DNA of 64,000 nucleotides. Origin: Eledone cirrhosa (lineage: Eukaryota). The notes under the pieces are model-generated. The model was not told where the DNA came from. It saw only the letters and a program-made list of their open reading frames with translations, and ran no database searches. The position numbers were made by a program, and so were the translations under genes. The stretch covers positions 6,200,001 through 6,264,000 of the forward strand of contig OZ024748.1 in assembly GCA_964016885.1 (NCBI GenBank), read 5' to 3'. Positions 15,045 through 30,040 of this stretch are shown here, in pieces (within the stretch, counting starts at the first letter, position 1; each line of letters opens with the position of its first letter).

Positions 15045-15734
15045 ACCGGTTGCAGTCTTCAATTTGTCAATCTTTCTAAACATATGTTATTACTCTAAGG
15101 TGAAACTACCTTATTGAGTGTTTAGCTGTACATTCCGGATTGCCTTCGTTAGCTTGGCCGCAGCTAGAGCTTCGAATTTACTGAACTTCCATTTGTATAT
15201 ATATATTTGTATATATATATATATTTGTATATATATATATATATTTATTAAAATAACAGATTTTAGTCTTCAAATTTATTATTATTACTATATATATATA
15301 TATATGTAGGAGGTGAGTTTTATTGTAGTACAATAAAGCAATGCAGATATCGGATAAGAAGCACTCAACAGTTTGTAGGACTGGAGTATATGTTCTTATA
15401 TATTATATATATATATATATATCCAAAATTAAATTAAATTAAGGGTGTCATGTCAGATAGACAAGCGCCATATCTAGTTGATATATATATATAATCATGA
15501 GATTATAGTATTAGATATAATCCCATTTGCTGAATGAAATTATATCGAACAAATTTAGGAAAATATATATTGTTGGCGTCCATGCGCTCAAGGAATTACC
15601 ATTTATATACAGAGTGTATATATGTTGTTGAAGTGTGTATACATTTTTGGGGGATGCCCTGTATATAGAGTGAATTTCTGTTTAATAATTTTTAATAATT
15701 GTTTTCACTTTTTTTTTTGTTTTTCTTTTTTTAG

Positions 15735-15885
15735 GTACAACGGCGGGAAATTTCCGAAATCTTTACGAAAAGGACGATATTGTGACTTTCATGTTGCTTC
15801 ACGGACAGTTTCTTCGGACAAAAAAAGCCCTCAACTAAGGGAATCGAAACCACATCGATGGTTGTATATCGACGATATAATATGA
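15735..15885 (+). other. Possible exon after strong splice acceptor, frame unresolved
   Basis: Long T-tract ending ttttttag at 15734 followed by complex CpG-containing sequence; the three frames stop after 16, 33 and 49 codons; no recognisable homology. Confidence 0.25.
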
Positions 15886-16113
15886 ACGATGTCTGTGTAA
15901 ATATGTTTATGAGTATGTCAGCGCATGTCTGAATGCGTATATATGTGTTTGGAGTATCTGCTTGAGTAAGTGCAAATTGTGTGAGGAGTGTATGCATTGT
16001 GCTTATTGTGGAAGTGTAAATATATATACATATATATACATAAATAACAACACAATCGGTACAGTATATGGAAGGGATATATTAGGTTAACGCTTGATAT
16101 AGCAGGAAGAGGG

Positions 16114-16149
16114 TCTTAACGTTTCGGACGCTAGTCCTTCATCAGAAGA
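16114..16149 (-). ncRNA. Minimal hammerhead ribozyme
   Basis: tctt-CTGATGA-A-GGAC-TAGC-GTCC-GAAAC-GTT-aaga; loopless palindromic stem III (AACGTT). Confidence 0.7.
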
Positions 16150-16239
16150 AAGAATGAGAAATAAGATAGATTGAGGAGACGGGCTGGTCGGAATTGTACA
16201 AAATGTCTTTTGATAAAAATAACAGGTCCATTCATGATG

Positions 16240-16342
<103 letters not shown>

Positions 16343-16458
16343 TTAATAAACTTAATAAACAGAGGACAAGACAGCGAAAGAAAGTTTCTCCCGGGTTCAA
16401 TCGGGGGTAACCACAGTAGGCTAAGCTACTCAATACAAAGCAGAGTATAAATATTTAA

Positions 16459-16541
16459 TATAGAAAGGCTTCTACAGGGCTAGAACTGTTGATGATTTCT
16501 CCCGAATGAAACAGTTCTAGTCCTGTAGAAGCCTTTCTATA
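16459..16541. repeat. Hairpin with 32-bp arms next to (TA)n
   Basis: tatagaaaggcttctacagggctagaactgtt / aacagttctagtcctgtagaagcctttctata; contains hammerhead-like GAAAC...GTC. Confidence 0.85.
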
Positions 16542-16769
16542 CTATATATATATATGGGCGTGTGTCTGTGTACCATGTTTACAACATCATTAACAGAATT
16601 TACCTATTACAATAAAATAGAAAATGTAGATCTGTTTCCGTTTCTAGTTTGGTAAAGAGATTTAGATTGTTGTTGTAGACTGGCTGACATTGTTGTTGTA
16701 CACTGACTGACCTCCAGGTGATATACTATATCAGTATTAATAATACATGTAACAACATTAATAAAGCCA

Positions 16770-17605
16770 TTATCGTCATCATCATCACCACCATCACCAT
16801 CATAGTCATTTTCATCATCACCATCAACATCACCATCACCATCATCACCATCAACATCAACATCATCGTCATTTTCATCATCACCATCACCATCACCATC
16901 ATCATCAACCTCATCGTCATTTTCATCATCACCATCACCATCATCATCATCATCATTGTCATCATCACCATCACCATCATCATCATCATCATTGTCATCG
17001 TCATTTTCATCATCACCATCACTATCATCATCATTATCTTCTTCTTCATCGTCTTAATCATCACAATGATGGTTATCATCCTATTATAATCGACTTCACA
17101 TCACCATCATCACCATCACCATCACCGCCACAATCATCATCATCTCCCCATCACCATCACTATCACCATCACCATCACCATCACCGCAACAATCATCATC
17201 ATCTCCCCATCACTAGCACTATCAATGTCTTCACCGTCATCATCATTATCATCATAAATATCGTCACAGACATCATTACCGTCATCAGCACCCTCATCCG
17301 CACCATCAACATCACCATCATCACCATAATCATAATCATCATCATTACCGTCATCATCATCATCATCATCATCATCACCATCATCACACCATCATCACCA
17401 TCATCTTCATCACCATCATCATAATCGCCACCATCATCATCATCAACATCATCACCATCATCACACCATCATCACCATCATCACACCATCATCACCATCA
17501 TCACACCATCATCACCATCATGTTCGCCATCACCACGACCACCATCATCATAATCACCACCACCATCACCACCACCACCATCACCACCACCACCATCACT
17601 ATCAA
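16770..17605. repeat. (CAT/CAC)n degenerate triplet microsatellite
   Basis: Tandem triplets with frame-breaking indels. Confidence 0.9.
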
Positions 17606-17914
17606 TACCAATATCACCAATAGAACAACAACAATAGAACTATAGAACAAAAACAAAACTAAAAAAGAACTCAACAATAACACCAAAAGCAACTACAATT
17701 GGGACCAAAAACACACAACTACAACAAACACTGTAAGGAGAGACCCTAAAACCATATATGAAGATACAGGGCACCCGATTGTGTCTTCATATATTGTAGG
17801 ACGTGTACAAATGATTAAACCGAGACCCCGTATATGACTGGTACTGTATTGTATCGACCGCTAAGTTGAGAAAGAGAAAGTAGAAACCAGTCGCATTTGA
17901 ATCCAGAATATAAG

Positions 17915-17926
17915 GATGTGTGTATG

Positions 17927-17960
<34 letters not shown>

Positions 17961-18334
17961 TGTATGTATGTATGTATGTATGTATATATGTATGTATATA
18001 TGTATGTATGTATGCATGTATGTATGTATGTACGAATATATGTATGTTTGTATGTATGTACGAATATATGTATGTTTGTATGTATGTATATATGTATGGA
18101 TGTACGTACGTATGTATGTATGTATGTATTTATGTGTGTATGTATGTATATATGTATGTATGTATATATGTATGTAGGTATGTACGTATGTATGTATGTA
18201 TGTATTTATGTATGTACGTACGTATGTATGTATATATCTAAGTATGTATATATTTATGTACGTACGTACGTATGTGTGTATGTATGTATGTATGTATGTA
18301 TAAATCTGAGAATATGTATGTACGTATGATTGAA

Positions 18335-18370
<36 letters not shown>

Positions 18371-18470
18371 TGTATGTATGTATAAATCTGAGAATATATG
18401 TATATATATATATATGTATGTATATATGTGAGTATGTATGTATGTGTGTTTGTATGAACGTGTATGTGCC
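17915..18470. repeat. (TATG)n microsatellite
   Basis: Direct tandem repeat; second tract at about 56037-56290. Confidence 0.95.
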
Positions 18471-19153
18471 AAGGTATATATATATATATGCATGGGTGTT
18501 TACGTGTATGTATATGTATATATATATACAATTAGTAGACTATTATTTTCATTATTCTGTATAATAATTATTCATAGTAATTGCGGATATTTACACAGGT
18601 AATGTTTTATTATATATATAATATATATATATTATAAATACAGATGTAGATAAAGTTACGAAGCCTTGTAAAGAATAAATAATACATATAACAAGAACCA
18701 GGCATCAACAACAACAAATATAACAACACCAACAATAATAACAACAACAGTAATTATAATAATAAATAATAACAATGATGCTATAATTATAATTAGGTAG
18801 ATACATCAACAGAAATGTCCAACAGTAAGGTAAACATAACCTACCTGCTGTAGAGTTGAAAGTAAAACAAACATTCATGAATAAATATATATAAGTATAT
18901 ATAAATATATAAATACGTGCGTGTATGTATATATATATGTATATATGTGTGTGTGTATGTGTGTGTGTATGTGTGTGTGTATGTGTGTGTGTATGTGTGT
19001 GTATGTGTGTGTGTGTGTGTGTATGTGTGTGTGTGTGTGTATATATTTATATATAATTAATAATTTGAGATGCTTATTTAAGTGTTGTTCTCTGTTTTCT
19101 CCGGAAAACTATTCTAATTCATATATATATGTGTGTGTATATATATATATATA

Positions 19154-19189
<36 letters not shown>

Positions 19190-19349
19190 CGTGTGTGTGT
19201 GTGTGTGTGTATGTGTTATTGTCTGGTGTGGTTTGTCAGTGCGTGTATCCCGACTGAGAGAATGAATGAATTGATAAGCTGTTGTGTTGTTGTGTAGTAG
19301 ATGCTGTGCTTGTGGTTCGGCTCAGACTGAGTACAGCTACGGAAGCCTA

Positions 19350-20880
19350 CGTTACCACCACCGCCACTACCATCACTATCAACTCCACCACCATCACCAT
19401 CAGCTCCACCACCTCAACCATCACCTCCACCATCACCATCACAATCATTACAATCACCACCGCAACCATTACCACTGCCACCACCGCCACCACCACCACC
19501 ACCACCACCACCATAACCACCACCACCGTCATTTTCACCACTTCTCCCATCATCATCACCATCAACTCTACGATCACAACCACGATCACCAACCAATAGT
19601 AATAGTAGCAGCAGCAGCACGACCACCACTACCACTACCACTGTCACCACCTCCACCATCACAATCAGTACCACTGCCACCACCACCACCACCACCACCA
19701 CCACCACCACCACCATAACCACCGTCATTTTCACCACTCCTCCCATCATCATCACCATCAACTCTACGATCACCACCACCACCACTACTACACCAACACC
19801 ACCACCATCACCACCACCACCACAACGACCCCTACCACCATCTTCACCACCACCACCACCACCACAACAACGACCACTACCACACTCTTCACCGCCACCA
19901 CCACCACCGCCACCACCACCACAACGACCATTGCCACCATCTTCACCACTACTGCCACCACGACACCACCACCACCACCACCACATCACCGCACCACCAC
20001 CACCACCACCACCACCACAACGACCACTACCACCATCTTCACCACGACCATCACCACCACCATCACCACCACAACGACCACTACCACCATCTTCACCACT
20101 ACTGCCACCACCACCACACCACACCACCACCACCACCACCACCATCACCACAACGACCACTACCACCATCTTCACCACGACCATCACCACCACCATCACC
20201 ACCACAACGACCACTACCACCATCTTCACCACTACTGCCACCACCACCACACCACACCACCACCACCACCACCACAACGACCACTACCGCCATCTTCACC
20301 ACTACTGCCACCACCACCACACCACCACCACCACCACCACACCACACCACCACCACCACCACCATCTTTTATCAAACATATCTTACCTCACAGTTACAGG
20401 ATCTCTTCTTTCTTAGTTGCTGTTGTTGTTGTTATAGTAGTTGTTGTTGTTATGGCTGTTATTGTAGTAGTAGGAGTAGTTGTTGTTGTAGTTGTTATAG
20501 TAGTAGTAGTAGTAATAATAGTAGTAGTAGTAGTAGTAGTTGTTGTTGTTGATGTAGTAGATGTTATAGTTGTTGTAGTAGTAAAAGTATTTCTTGCTAT
20601 ATCTACTTTTATATTTGTTGACATAGTAAATGTAGTCATGGTTCTTGTTGTTGCTGTTGTTGTAGTTGTTGTTGTTGTTGTAGTTGTTATTATTGTTATT
20701 GTTGTTATTGTTGTTATAGTTTTTATTGTTGTTGTTGGTGTAGTCGTTGTTGTAGTTGTTCTTATAGTTGTAATAGTTGTTATTGCTGTTATTGCTGTTA
20801 TTGTTGTTATTGTTGTTATTGTTGTTATTTTTGTTATTGTTGTCATTGTTGTTGATGTTGTTATTGTTGTTGATGTTATT
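19350..20880. repeat. (CAC)n tract with higher-order units followed by (GTT/GTA)n tract
   Basis: Recurring ccacaacgaccactaccaccatcttcacc units in 19820-20365; (GTT)n-like 20415-20880. Confidence 0.9.
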
Positions 20881-20980
20881 TTAATTTTATTTAAATAGTT
20901 TTTCTTTTATAGTCTTATCTATCTGTCACTTTGTCTTTCTCCCTCCATCCATTTTAATCCCTCCTTCCCCCTCCACCCCT

Positions 20981-21012
<32 letters not shown>

Positions 21013-21216
21013 TCTCTTACTCATTCATCACACATACATAAACTCCCCCTCACTATCCCACCAACAAATACACACATACACAGAGACAAATAAACACACG
21101 CACACAGAGACAAACACACATACACACATTGCAACATGAAACACAAAATTACGATTTAAACAATAAACTGTATGTATATATGTATATATATATATATAAT
21201 GATATATGTGTATGTA

Positions 21217-21292
<76 letters not shown>

Positions 21293-21668
21293 GCGCGTGT
21301 GTGTGTTTGTGTACGTATCAGTGTGTAAATGTGAGTGTGTACGAAAGTGTGTGCTTATTTATACACAACGAAAATGACAAACGAGATGTGTACCAACTCG
21401 AACCAGAAGATCGCGGGATATAATATGTTTCAAACCATTGGGCGGACTCTAGTCAGACACGCACACCTTTCCCCGAAACTGTGAGCAGGCCGCCTGAACT
21501 GGGGGTAACTCCAACACAAGCTTAGCTCCATTCACACCTTTATATTCAATATTTTTTGGCAGTTAATGCGCTTTATTTTTATATAATATTTTGAAGTGAT
21601 TTGCAGAGATTTTTAATTGGTTTGTTACATGAATGGGGTGGGAAACCGCTGGGTACGGTGTTCTTACT

Positions 21669-21781
<113 letters not shown>

Positions 21782-21960
21782 TATATATGAAGTCATGGGG
21801 TAGTATTTGTACAAATGCAGCAGGCTGTAGTCCATTATGAAGTATATATTATAGCTAGTTGGCAAAATCTGTGCAGAAGCCCACCATGTTTTGAGTTGTC
21901 TGGAAATTTAGTTTTGGTTTTTAATGACTTACTCAACCAATATATGTATATATATATATA

Positions 21961-22146
21961 TAACAAAGGAATTGTGGTAAGGAACCAGATGGACCATAAC
22001 GCACTAGAGTACTCAATACTTAGGGTAGTAGAGTGGGAAATAGGAAAAAGTATGACCCCGACGGCAGAGCTCAAGCCGTTTTGACGTTTCTGTCCAGAAA
22101 TATCCGTCGAAACGACTTGAGCTCTGCCGTCGGGGTGATACTTTTT

Positions 22147-22150
<4 letters not shown>
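21961..22150. mobile_element. Family A inverted pair in (TA)n
   Basis: gaccccgacggcagagctcaagccgttt ... gaaacgacttgagctctgccgtcggggtg. Confidence 0.75.
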
Positions 22151-22183
<33 letters not shown>

Positions 22184-22550
22184 TTGTCAGCGTGCATGTA
22201 TATATATATATATAAGTGTGTGTGTGTATTTATATATATATATCTATGCACATTCCCCTTGCGTTATATTATCTTCGAATTCTTCTCTTGATTTCCCACC
22301 AACGTCTCTTCCTCCGCCTTATTTCCCTCGGTGTGTTCATTCTCATACAATATACCATCTCATACATAGCAACCTACCAGCCAACCTATTATATCCTACA
22401 TATAACCAACCCACATACCACCTTATACACCTCTCTCAATATGACCATCACTACTGCTTCTTTTCTTTCCAATCCAATTTCCTCCAATCATCTACATCCG
22501 ACATCTGTCTGTCATTCAAAGACTCTTAAATAACAACACTGACACCTTGC

Positions 22551-23397
22551 TTCTTCTTCTTCTTCTTCATTTTCTTCTTCTTCTTCTTCTTCTTCTTCTT
22601 CTTCTTCTTCTTCTTCTTCATTTTCTTCTTCTTCTTCTTCATTTTCTTCTTCTTCTTCATTTTCTTCTTCTTCTCCTACTTCTTCTTCTTCTTCTTTTTC
22701 TTCTTCTTCTTCTTCTTCTTCTTCTTCTTCTTCTTCTTCTTCTTCTTTTTCTTCTTCTTCTTCATTTTATTCTTCTTCTACTTCTTCTTCATTTTCTTCT
22801 TCTTCTTCTTCTTCTTCTTCTTCTTCTTCTTCTTCTTCTTCTACATTTTCTTCATCTTTTTCTTCTTCTTCTTCTTCTTCTTCTTCTCCTTCTTCATTTT
22901 TTTCCTTATTTTCTTCTTCTTCTTCTTCTTCTTCTTCTTCTTCTTCTTCTTCTTCTTCTTCTTCTTCTTCTTCTTCTTCTTCTTCTTCTTCATTTTCTTC
23001 TTCATTTTCTTCTTCTTCTCCTTCTTCTTCTTCTTCTTCTTCTTCTTCTTCTTCTTCTTCTTCATGTTCTTCTTCTTCTTCTTCTTCTTCTTCTTCTTCT
23101 TCTTCTTCTTCTCCTTCTTCTTCTTCTTCTTCTCTTCATTTTCTTCTTCTTCTACTTCTTCTTCATTTTCTTCTTCTTCTTCTTCTTCTTCTTCTTCTTC
23201 TTCTTCTTCTTCTTCTTCTTCTTCTTCTTCTTCTTCTACATTTTCTTCATCTTTTTCTTCTTCTTCTTCTTCTTCTTCATTTTTTTTTTTTCTTCTTCTT
23301 CTTCTTCTTCTTCTTCTTCTTCTTCTTCTCTTCTTCTTCTTCTTCTTCTTCTTCTTCTTCTTCTTCTTCATTTTCTTCTTCTTCTTCTTCTTCTTGA
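22551..23397. repeat. About 850-bp (TTC)n/(GAA)n tract
   Basis: Direct triplet repeat with cat/ttt interruptions; abuts an RTE 3' end. Confidence 0.95.
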
Positions 23398-23530
23398 GAA
23401 GGGTGTGGGAACAGAGCCCTCAAACACTCCTTCCAGGAACCGTTTCCAACTGATCCAGCTGGGTCCCCAAGTGAGACCCACCAAGATAATAGATGTTATC
23501 CAGCCATTTTGTTCGTGGTCTACCGGGACG
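23395..23530 (-). mobile_element. RTE-clade LINE 3' end with (GAA)n tail
   Basis: Homologous to 50140-50346 (+) and 43983-44150 (-); minus strand reads WLDNI-like RTE ORF C-terminus and ends in caagaagaag. Confidence 0.7.
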
Positions 23531-23544
23531 AAGGACAAACATAG

Positions 23545-23582
<38 letters not shown>

Positions 23583-23673
23583 TTTATTTAAATATGTATA
23601 AGCCAACTGTTTGCATGTGTCTATTCAAGCGTGAATCCATCTGTCGATCCATCAATTGAATGAATCCATTAAG

Positions 23674-23735
<62 letters not shown>

Positions 23736-24586
23736 ACACACATATACACATATACACATACACACACACACATATATATACTTATATACGCGTATATATA
23801 TATATATGTGTGTATATGTGTAAATATCTAGAGGTCCACCATCACACACGCGCGCGCGCACACACACACACACACGCCCACACACACACATATATATATA
23901 TATATATACATACATATATTTATATAAGTGTATATATATGATATATATATGTGTGTGTATATGTAAATATCTAGAGGTCCACCATCTCTGTTATCTCCGT
24001 ATTTGTCATAAATCCCTCCATTTCTAATTTATCAATGTCTCCTTAATATGGTTAATGGATTTCTTTCGTCCTCTCTCTCCTTCTCTTTCTTTCCTTCCGT
24101 ATTTCTTTCTTTCTGTCTTTCTTTGTTTCTCGTTTTCTTTCTTTTATCTGAACTTCATTTTGTTTTGGTTTAATTTTGTTTATTTGTTTCTTTCTTATAT
24201 TCACTCCCTCCCCTCCCACGAACACTCTTTTCTCTCTTCTTTGAAGCTACTTACCTTTTTGTCTATATTCTGTTTATCTCTCAGTCACCCGATTTATTTA
24301 CCTCTCTCTCTTTCTCTCTCTCTGTCTCTGTCTCTTTCTCACTCTCTCTATCACACACACAGACACATATACATATATATACATATATACATATGTATAT
24401 ATAAATACACACACACACACACACATACATATATAGATATATATGTATATAGTGTAAACAAAGTTTACAACATGTTAAGTTTATGAAACTTCCTTTACAC
24501 TAACTAAGCTCTCTTCCAACAGATCGAGCACTGTCCTCCTTGATCTTTCATCTACGGATTCCTACCAACGTACACACACACACACA

Positions 24587-24665
<79 letters not shown>

Positions 24666-25259
24666 ACACACATATATATATATAGATACATTGTGTCTGT
24701 GTGTATGTTCACCCATGCAGATACAAACACAAGACAACTAACTACCTGTCTTTATCCCTAGCTGTCTTAATCCTCTCATTAATGCGTCCTGTAGCGGCCA
24801 GCCTTTCCTATTTTTACCTCTTTCCTAATCCAGTTCTTTTATCTTCATCACCCTCCCCACATCTTCGATGAAATCTATTCTGGTGTTCAAAATTCAACAT
24901 TTACAATAGACTGACAATCTCCCTGTCCCTTTCAATGTTTCTATCATTCAATCGGTTGAGTGATAGAAAAATGTAAGAAAAAAACAATACGTTTTGCTCA
25001 CAAGGCATCCAAAGACATCTGACTAGTATTCGCTTATCCATGCTTTTCAGAGATTTTTAATTGGTTTGTTACATGCACATAAATATATAAGCAATGAGTT
25101 ATTTATATATGAGAGCGTACCAACAATTTGGTACCCTTGAAATATATATAATAAAATAAATGTGGTTTTATAAAGATAGCTTCCATTTATTAATATTATT
25201 GATACCAGTAATGTACTGGGTAATTGCTGGCCTTGTGCAAAAAATAGAAACAATTATTG

Positions 25260-25299
<40 letters not shown>

Positions 25300-25816
25300 A
25301 TTCATTTTATTAAGGCTTAACAAAAGTGGACATTTAATGTCACATTTTCTGTCGTTATATTGGCTAACTTATAGACTCATTATGAAATATTTGCAGAGAT
25401 TTGTCATTGAGACAACATTAAAATATATATGAGCACACATTGTCATCGGCTCTCTAAATATATATGGTCACCTTTTATTCTGGACACACTGCAAATATAT
25501 AGGCACACCTTATCATGGACATATTACATAATATATAAGTTCACCTCTCATTGATATATTACAAATATACGGGATTCATTTGCCTCTCAGTCCACACTTC
25601 AAAAACAGAAACCGTCACACCCATGAATTTCTTGAACCTTCCATAGTAGAGTCTGGGACGATCAGAGAAGCTGGTCTTTAACTTATTGTCTTTGTCCTTT
25701 TATTTTATATTTATTTTATTTAAATTTCTCTCACACCTATATCCCATGGCATCCCCATCCAGAAAATAAACTGACAACCATTCTAGTTCAACTTTCTTTA
25801 CACACGCCACCACCCC

Positions 25817-25878
<62 letters not shown>

Positions 25879-26258
25879 TATACACACACAAACACCTCGT
25901 TTAGTCCCATAGGACGATAGCTCTGCTGTGGTGTATCATCTCTTGTAGAGATGTCAATTTTACTGGAATGGTATCAGCCCAATATCTATCATATCTAAAA
26001 GGTGTGACTACGGCACCATCCTCCGAACACATATATACAAGACAATCCTTTTACACCTTATTACAGGATCACACCTCAGAAAATAGTTGACAGCTGCTGC
26101 TACTATTGCTGCTGCTGTTGCTGATAGTCATTCTGCTATTGGTGCTACTATTGCTGCTGCTGCTGCTGCTGCTGGTGGTAGTCATTCTGCTACTGCTGCT
26201 ACTATTGCTGCTGTTGCTATTACTACTGCGGCTAACATTCATTGGAAGAAAAAAAAAA

Positions 26259-26669
26259 TGACTTCTAAATTTAGCACAAGGACGGAAATATTTTGATGGG
26301 AAACGTCGATTATACTGACCCCAGTATTTGACTGGTACTGTACTTTATCGTCCCCCAGAAGGATGAAAGGCGAAGTTCAGCTTGTGGGATTTGAACTTAG
26401 AGTTTAAAAAGCCGCAACTAAATGCTGTCAAGTATTTGATGCCACACTCTAATGACTACGCTGTCATTCATAGGAAAAATAATAATTGTTTCTACTTTTG
26501 GCACAAGGCCAGCAATTATCTCAGTGCATTACTGGTACTTTATTTTATCGACCCCGTAAGGATGAAAGGCAAAGATAACCTCGACGTAATTTGAACTCAG
26601 ACCGCAAAGGGCGGTAACTCTATTCTGCAAAGCATGGCGTCCGACCCTTTACCGATACTGCCAATCCAC
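26259..26669 (-). mobile_element. Two tandem tRNA-derived SINEs
   Basis: aaggatgaaaggc...gatttgaactcaga motifs; second copy 26481-26669 near full length. Confidence 0.8.
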
Positions 26670-27116
26670 TCTAATGACTGTGCCAAGCCAATAATAATAA
26701 TTCATAATTTATAATTTATAATGATTTATAATTTAGACAGAAGACTAATAATTGTAATAGGCTGGGTAAGTAATACATTGAATCTCAGTATTTGATTGGT
26801 ACTATAACTTATGGGCAAAATTAACCATGGTGGGATTTGAACTCAGAACTATAAAGTCGGAACAAATATCACAATGTATTTTGTCTAAACTTCAGCGTAA
26901 AGGCTTTACTACAGCATGACTATAATTTGATAGCTAAAGAGAACTAAAAGATTCTAGACATATTAACTTAAATATATATAATATGCAAAAGTTTTATTTA
27001 AAATTGTTGGGTTACAACAAGTAAATATTTTATAACTGATATAAAGCACTCGACAATTTTTTGGAGTAAGATATACGATATTAAACAAATGGAAACTATA
27101 TTTATAAAACCATATT

Positions 27117-27182
27117 TATTTCATTATACATATTTCAGGGATACCATATTAAAAATATGGCATGCCTTCGTCAGATAAAATA
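27117..27182 (-). ncRNA. Hammerhead ribozyme, family B
   Basis: Reverse complement of 27295-27360. Confidence 0.8.
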
Positions 27183-27294
27183 CAATATATAACCAGTTTT
27201 ATAAATAATTTTGACGTACCAAGCCAGCCTCCTACCTTAATGGTCGCTATATTTATGGTACGTCAAAATTATTTATAAAACTGGTTATATATTG

Positions 27295-27360
27295 TATTTT
27301 ATCTGACGAAGGCATGCCATATTTTTAATATGGTATCCCTGAAATATGTATAATGAAATA
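27295..27360 (+). ncRNA. Hammerhead ribozyme, family B
   Basis: tattttat-CTGACGA-AGGCATGCCATATT-TTT-AATATGGTATCCCT-GAAAT-ATGT-ATA-atgaaata: 8-bp stem I, 14-position stem II with one mismatch, predicted cleavage after A27352. Confidence 0.8.
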
Positions 27361-27430
27361 AATATGGTTTTATAAATATAGTTTCCATTTGTTTAATATC
27401 GTATAATATATATATATATATATACACACG

Positions 27431-27557
<127 letters not shown>

Positions 27558-27646
27558 ATATATTTATTCTACGGTTCTTATATATTTGATATATATTTAT
27601 CCTTATTGAGCCCTCTTTGGATTTTAGTCTTCAAATTTATTATTAT

Positions 27647-27754
<108 letters not shown>

Positions 27755-27883
27755 TTAAGTTAATATGTCTAGAATCTTTTAGTTCTCTTTAGCTATCAAA
27801 TTATAGTCATGCTGCAGTAAAGCCTTTACGCTGAAGTTTAGACAAAATATGTATGTATTTGTATTTAGATATATATATATGCA

Positions 27884-27966
<83 letters not shown>

Positions 27967-28382
27967 TACGAATGTCCCAAGGGCTTAGCAACAACAGCAA
28001 CCACACAACAACAACAACAACAACAACAATAAAAACAACAATAGTAACAAACAATAACAACCATAACACCAATAACAACAACAACATCAACGGCAACAAA
28101 CAATAAAAGCTACAACAATTACAAATATATATATGTTTAGAGAAATAGGTACAATACGTATGTGTTGATCAGTTTAGAAAGGGGTTCTCCAAAGTTAAGA
28201 AGAAGGAGGTGATTTACAGATTGTCAACGATGTCTTGACCAATCAGAACATCAGAAAGGCTGAGACACATTCAATTCTGGCCTACAGCAGTTATACAATG
28301 ATATACGCATGCGTGCTAACACAAAATCTGCTTAACTTACATTTCTGCTTGTGAGTACGTGTATATATATATATATATATCA

Positions 28383-28422
<40 letters not shown>

Positions 28423-28794
28423 TATATCATACCACCACCCCACTCTCAAGAGCGTGAAATTAATAAACATTCGTTGTACTGCCTCTCTGTTTTGTTCCTG
28501 TTCAAAATGTTCCATTATATATATATATAAGGTGTATGTATGTATATGCACGCATATCTATATATCTCTCACCTGGTCGCCCCCCCCCCCCCCCTACTGT
28601 TGTCACTCTCTCTCTCTCTCTATAACATATAACTATATATAACATATAACATATAATATATAATATATAACATATAACATATAACTATATATACCATATA
28701 ACTATATATATATATAGTTTTCAGAAGATCCCGTTAAGGGTGAAAGCATCAATTCTTTGCTTAAACTTTAATCTGTTATTTTAATAAATATAAA

Positions 28795-28827
<33 letters not shown>

Positions 28828-28898
28828 TGTGTGTGCGTATATATATATGTATATATATATATGTCTGTGCGTATATATATATACATCTATATATATAT

Positions 28899-28948
<50 letters not shown>

Positions 28949-29485
28949 CATAAATGTATGTATATATATATGATGAGTGGGCTTGTTGGTATGTGTGAAT
29001 ACATATATAATTTACACAAATATATAATTTATATATGTATATATATTTTATATATATATATGTATATATATATAACAGAAATACACACATACACGCGTCT
29101 ACACGTATCTATGTGTACACATGAGAAATTTGCAATGTTTAAAAAATAATGGAAGTTTGTGGCTTCCATTGATTTGTTTCAGTGTTAAGGTGAAAGATTC
29201 TATTTTTCAAATGTTTTGACACTTTTAAATGACAAACCACTTTAAAACATTTGACACCAGCGCACCATTCTTCTATACCCCCTCCTATGGTAGAATGGTA
29301 AATGTACGCTCCTCCTACGTTAAGGCAAAGTAAATATATTTTTATGTGTGTATATGTGTGTAGGCAAGTGGCGGTTAGCTATATATATATATATTTATGT
29401 ATGTGTGTATATGTATATATATATATATATATATGTATATATAATTGTATATATATGTATATATATATATATATAATATATATGA

Positions 29486-29581
<96 letters not shown>

Positions 29582-29745
29582 GTGAGTGTGTGTGTATGTA
29601 TGGATATATAGAGGGTGGAAGAGAGATATACGTGTATGAGTGTAGAATATATATGTGTGTGTGTATATATATAAATATATATATATATGCGCACACTCAA
29701 GAAGGGCATACTTGTGTGTACAATTGATTGATGACTTGTTAGTGT

Positions 29746-29849
<104 letters not shown>

Positions 29850-30040
29850 TCAGACGGAGCAGAGATTGGGTGTATGGGGGATGTAAAGGACATCAGACTT
29901 TATTTTGGCACATCTGCACTGGTGGGTGTTTTTAAATGTTTGTTGTTGAGATGACGAAGTGAGTGGAAGTGTGAGGTGTGGTGGGGAGGCAGATACGAGA
30001 GAAAGAGAAAGAAAGAGAGACGAATGGTTAAGATGATAAT

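Larger units (their letters stand above)
27074..27404. mobile_element. Family B perfect palindromic insertion
   Basis: 27074-27220 is the reverse complement of 27258-27404, 37-nt spacer; each arm holds a hammerhead. Confidence 0.9.

Noticed and set aside
19282-20416. Pro/His/Thr-rich extensin-like ORFs
   Set aside because: (CAC)n-derived with frame-shifting indels; all frames are similarly open
22547-23659. 370-aa poly-Leu/Phe ORF
   Set aside because: Translation of (TTC)n plus the antisense of an RTE end
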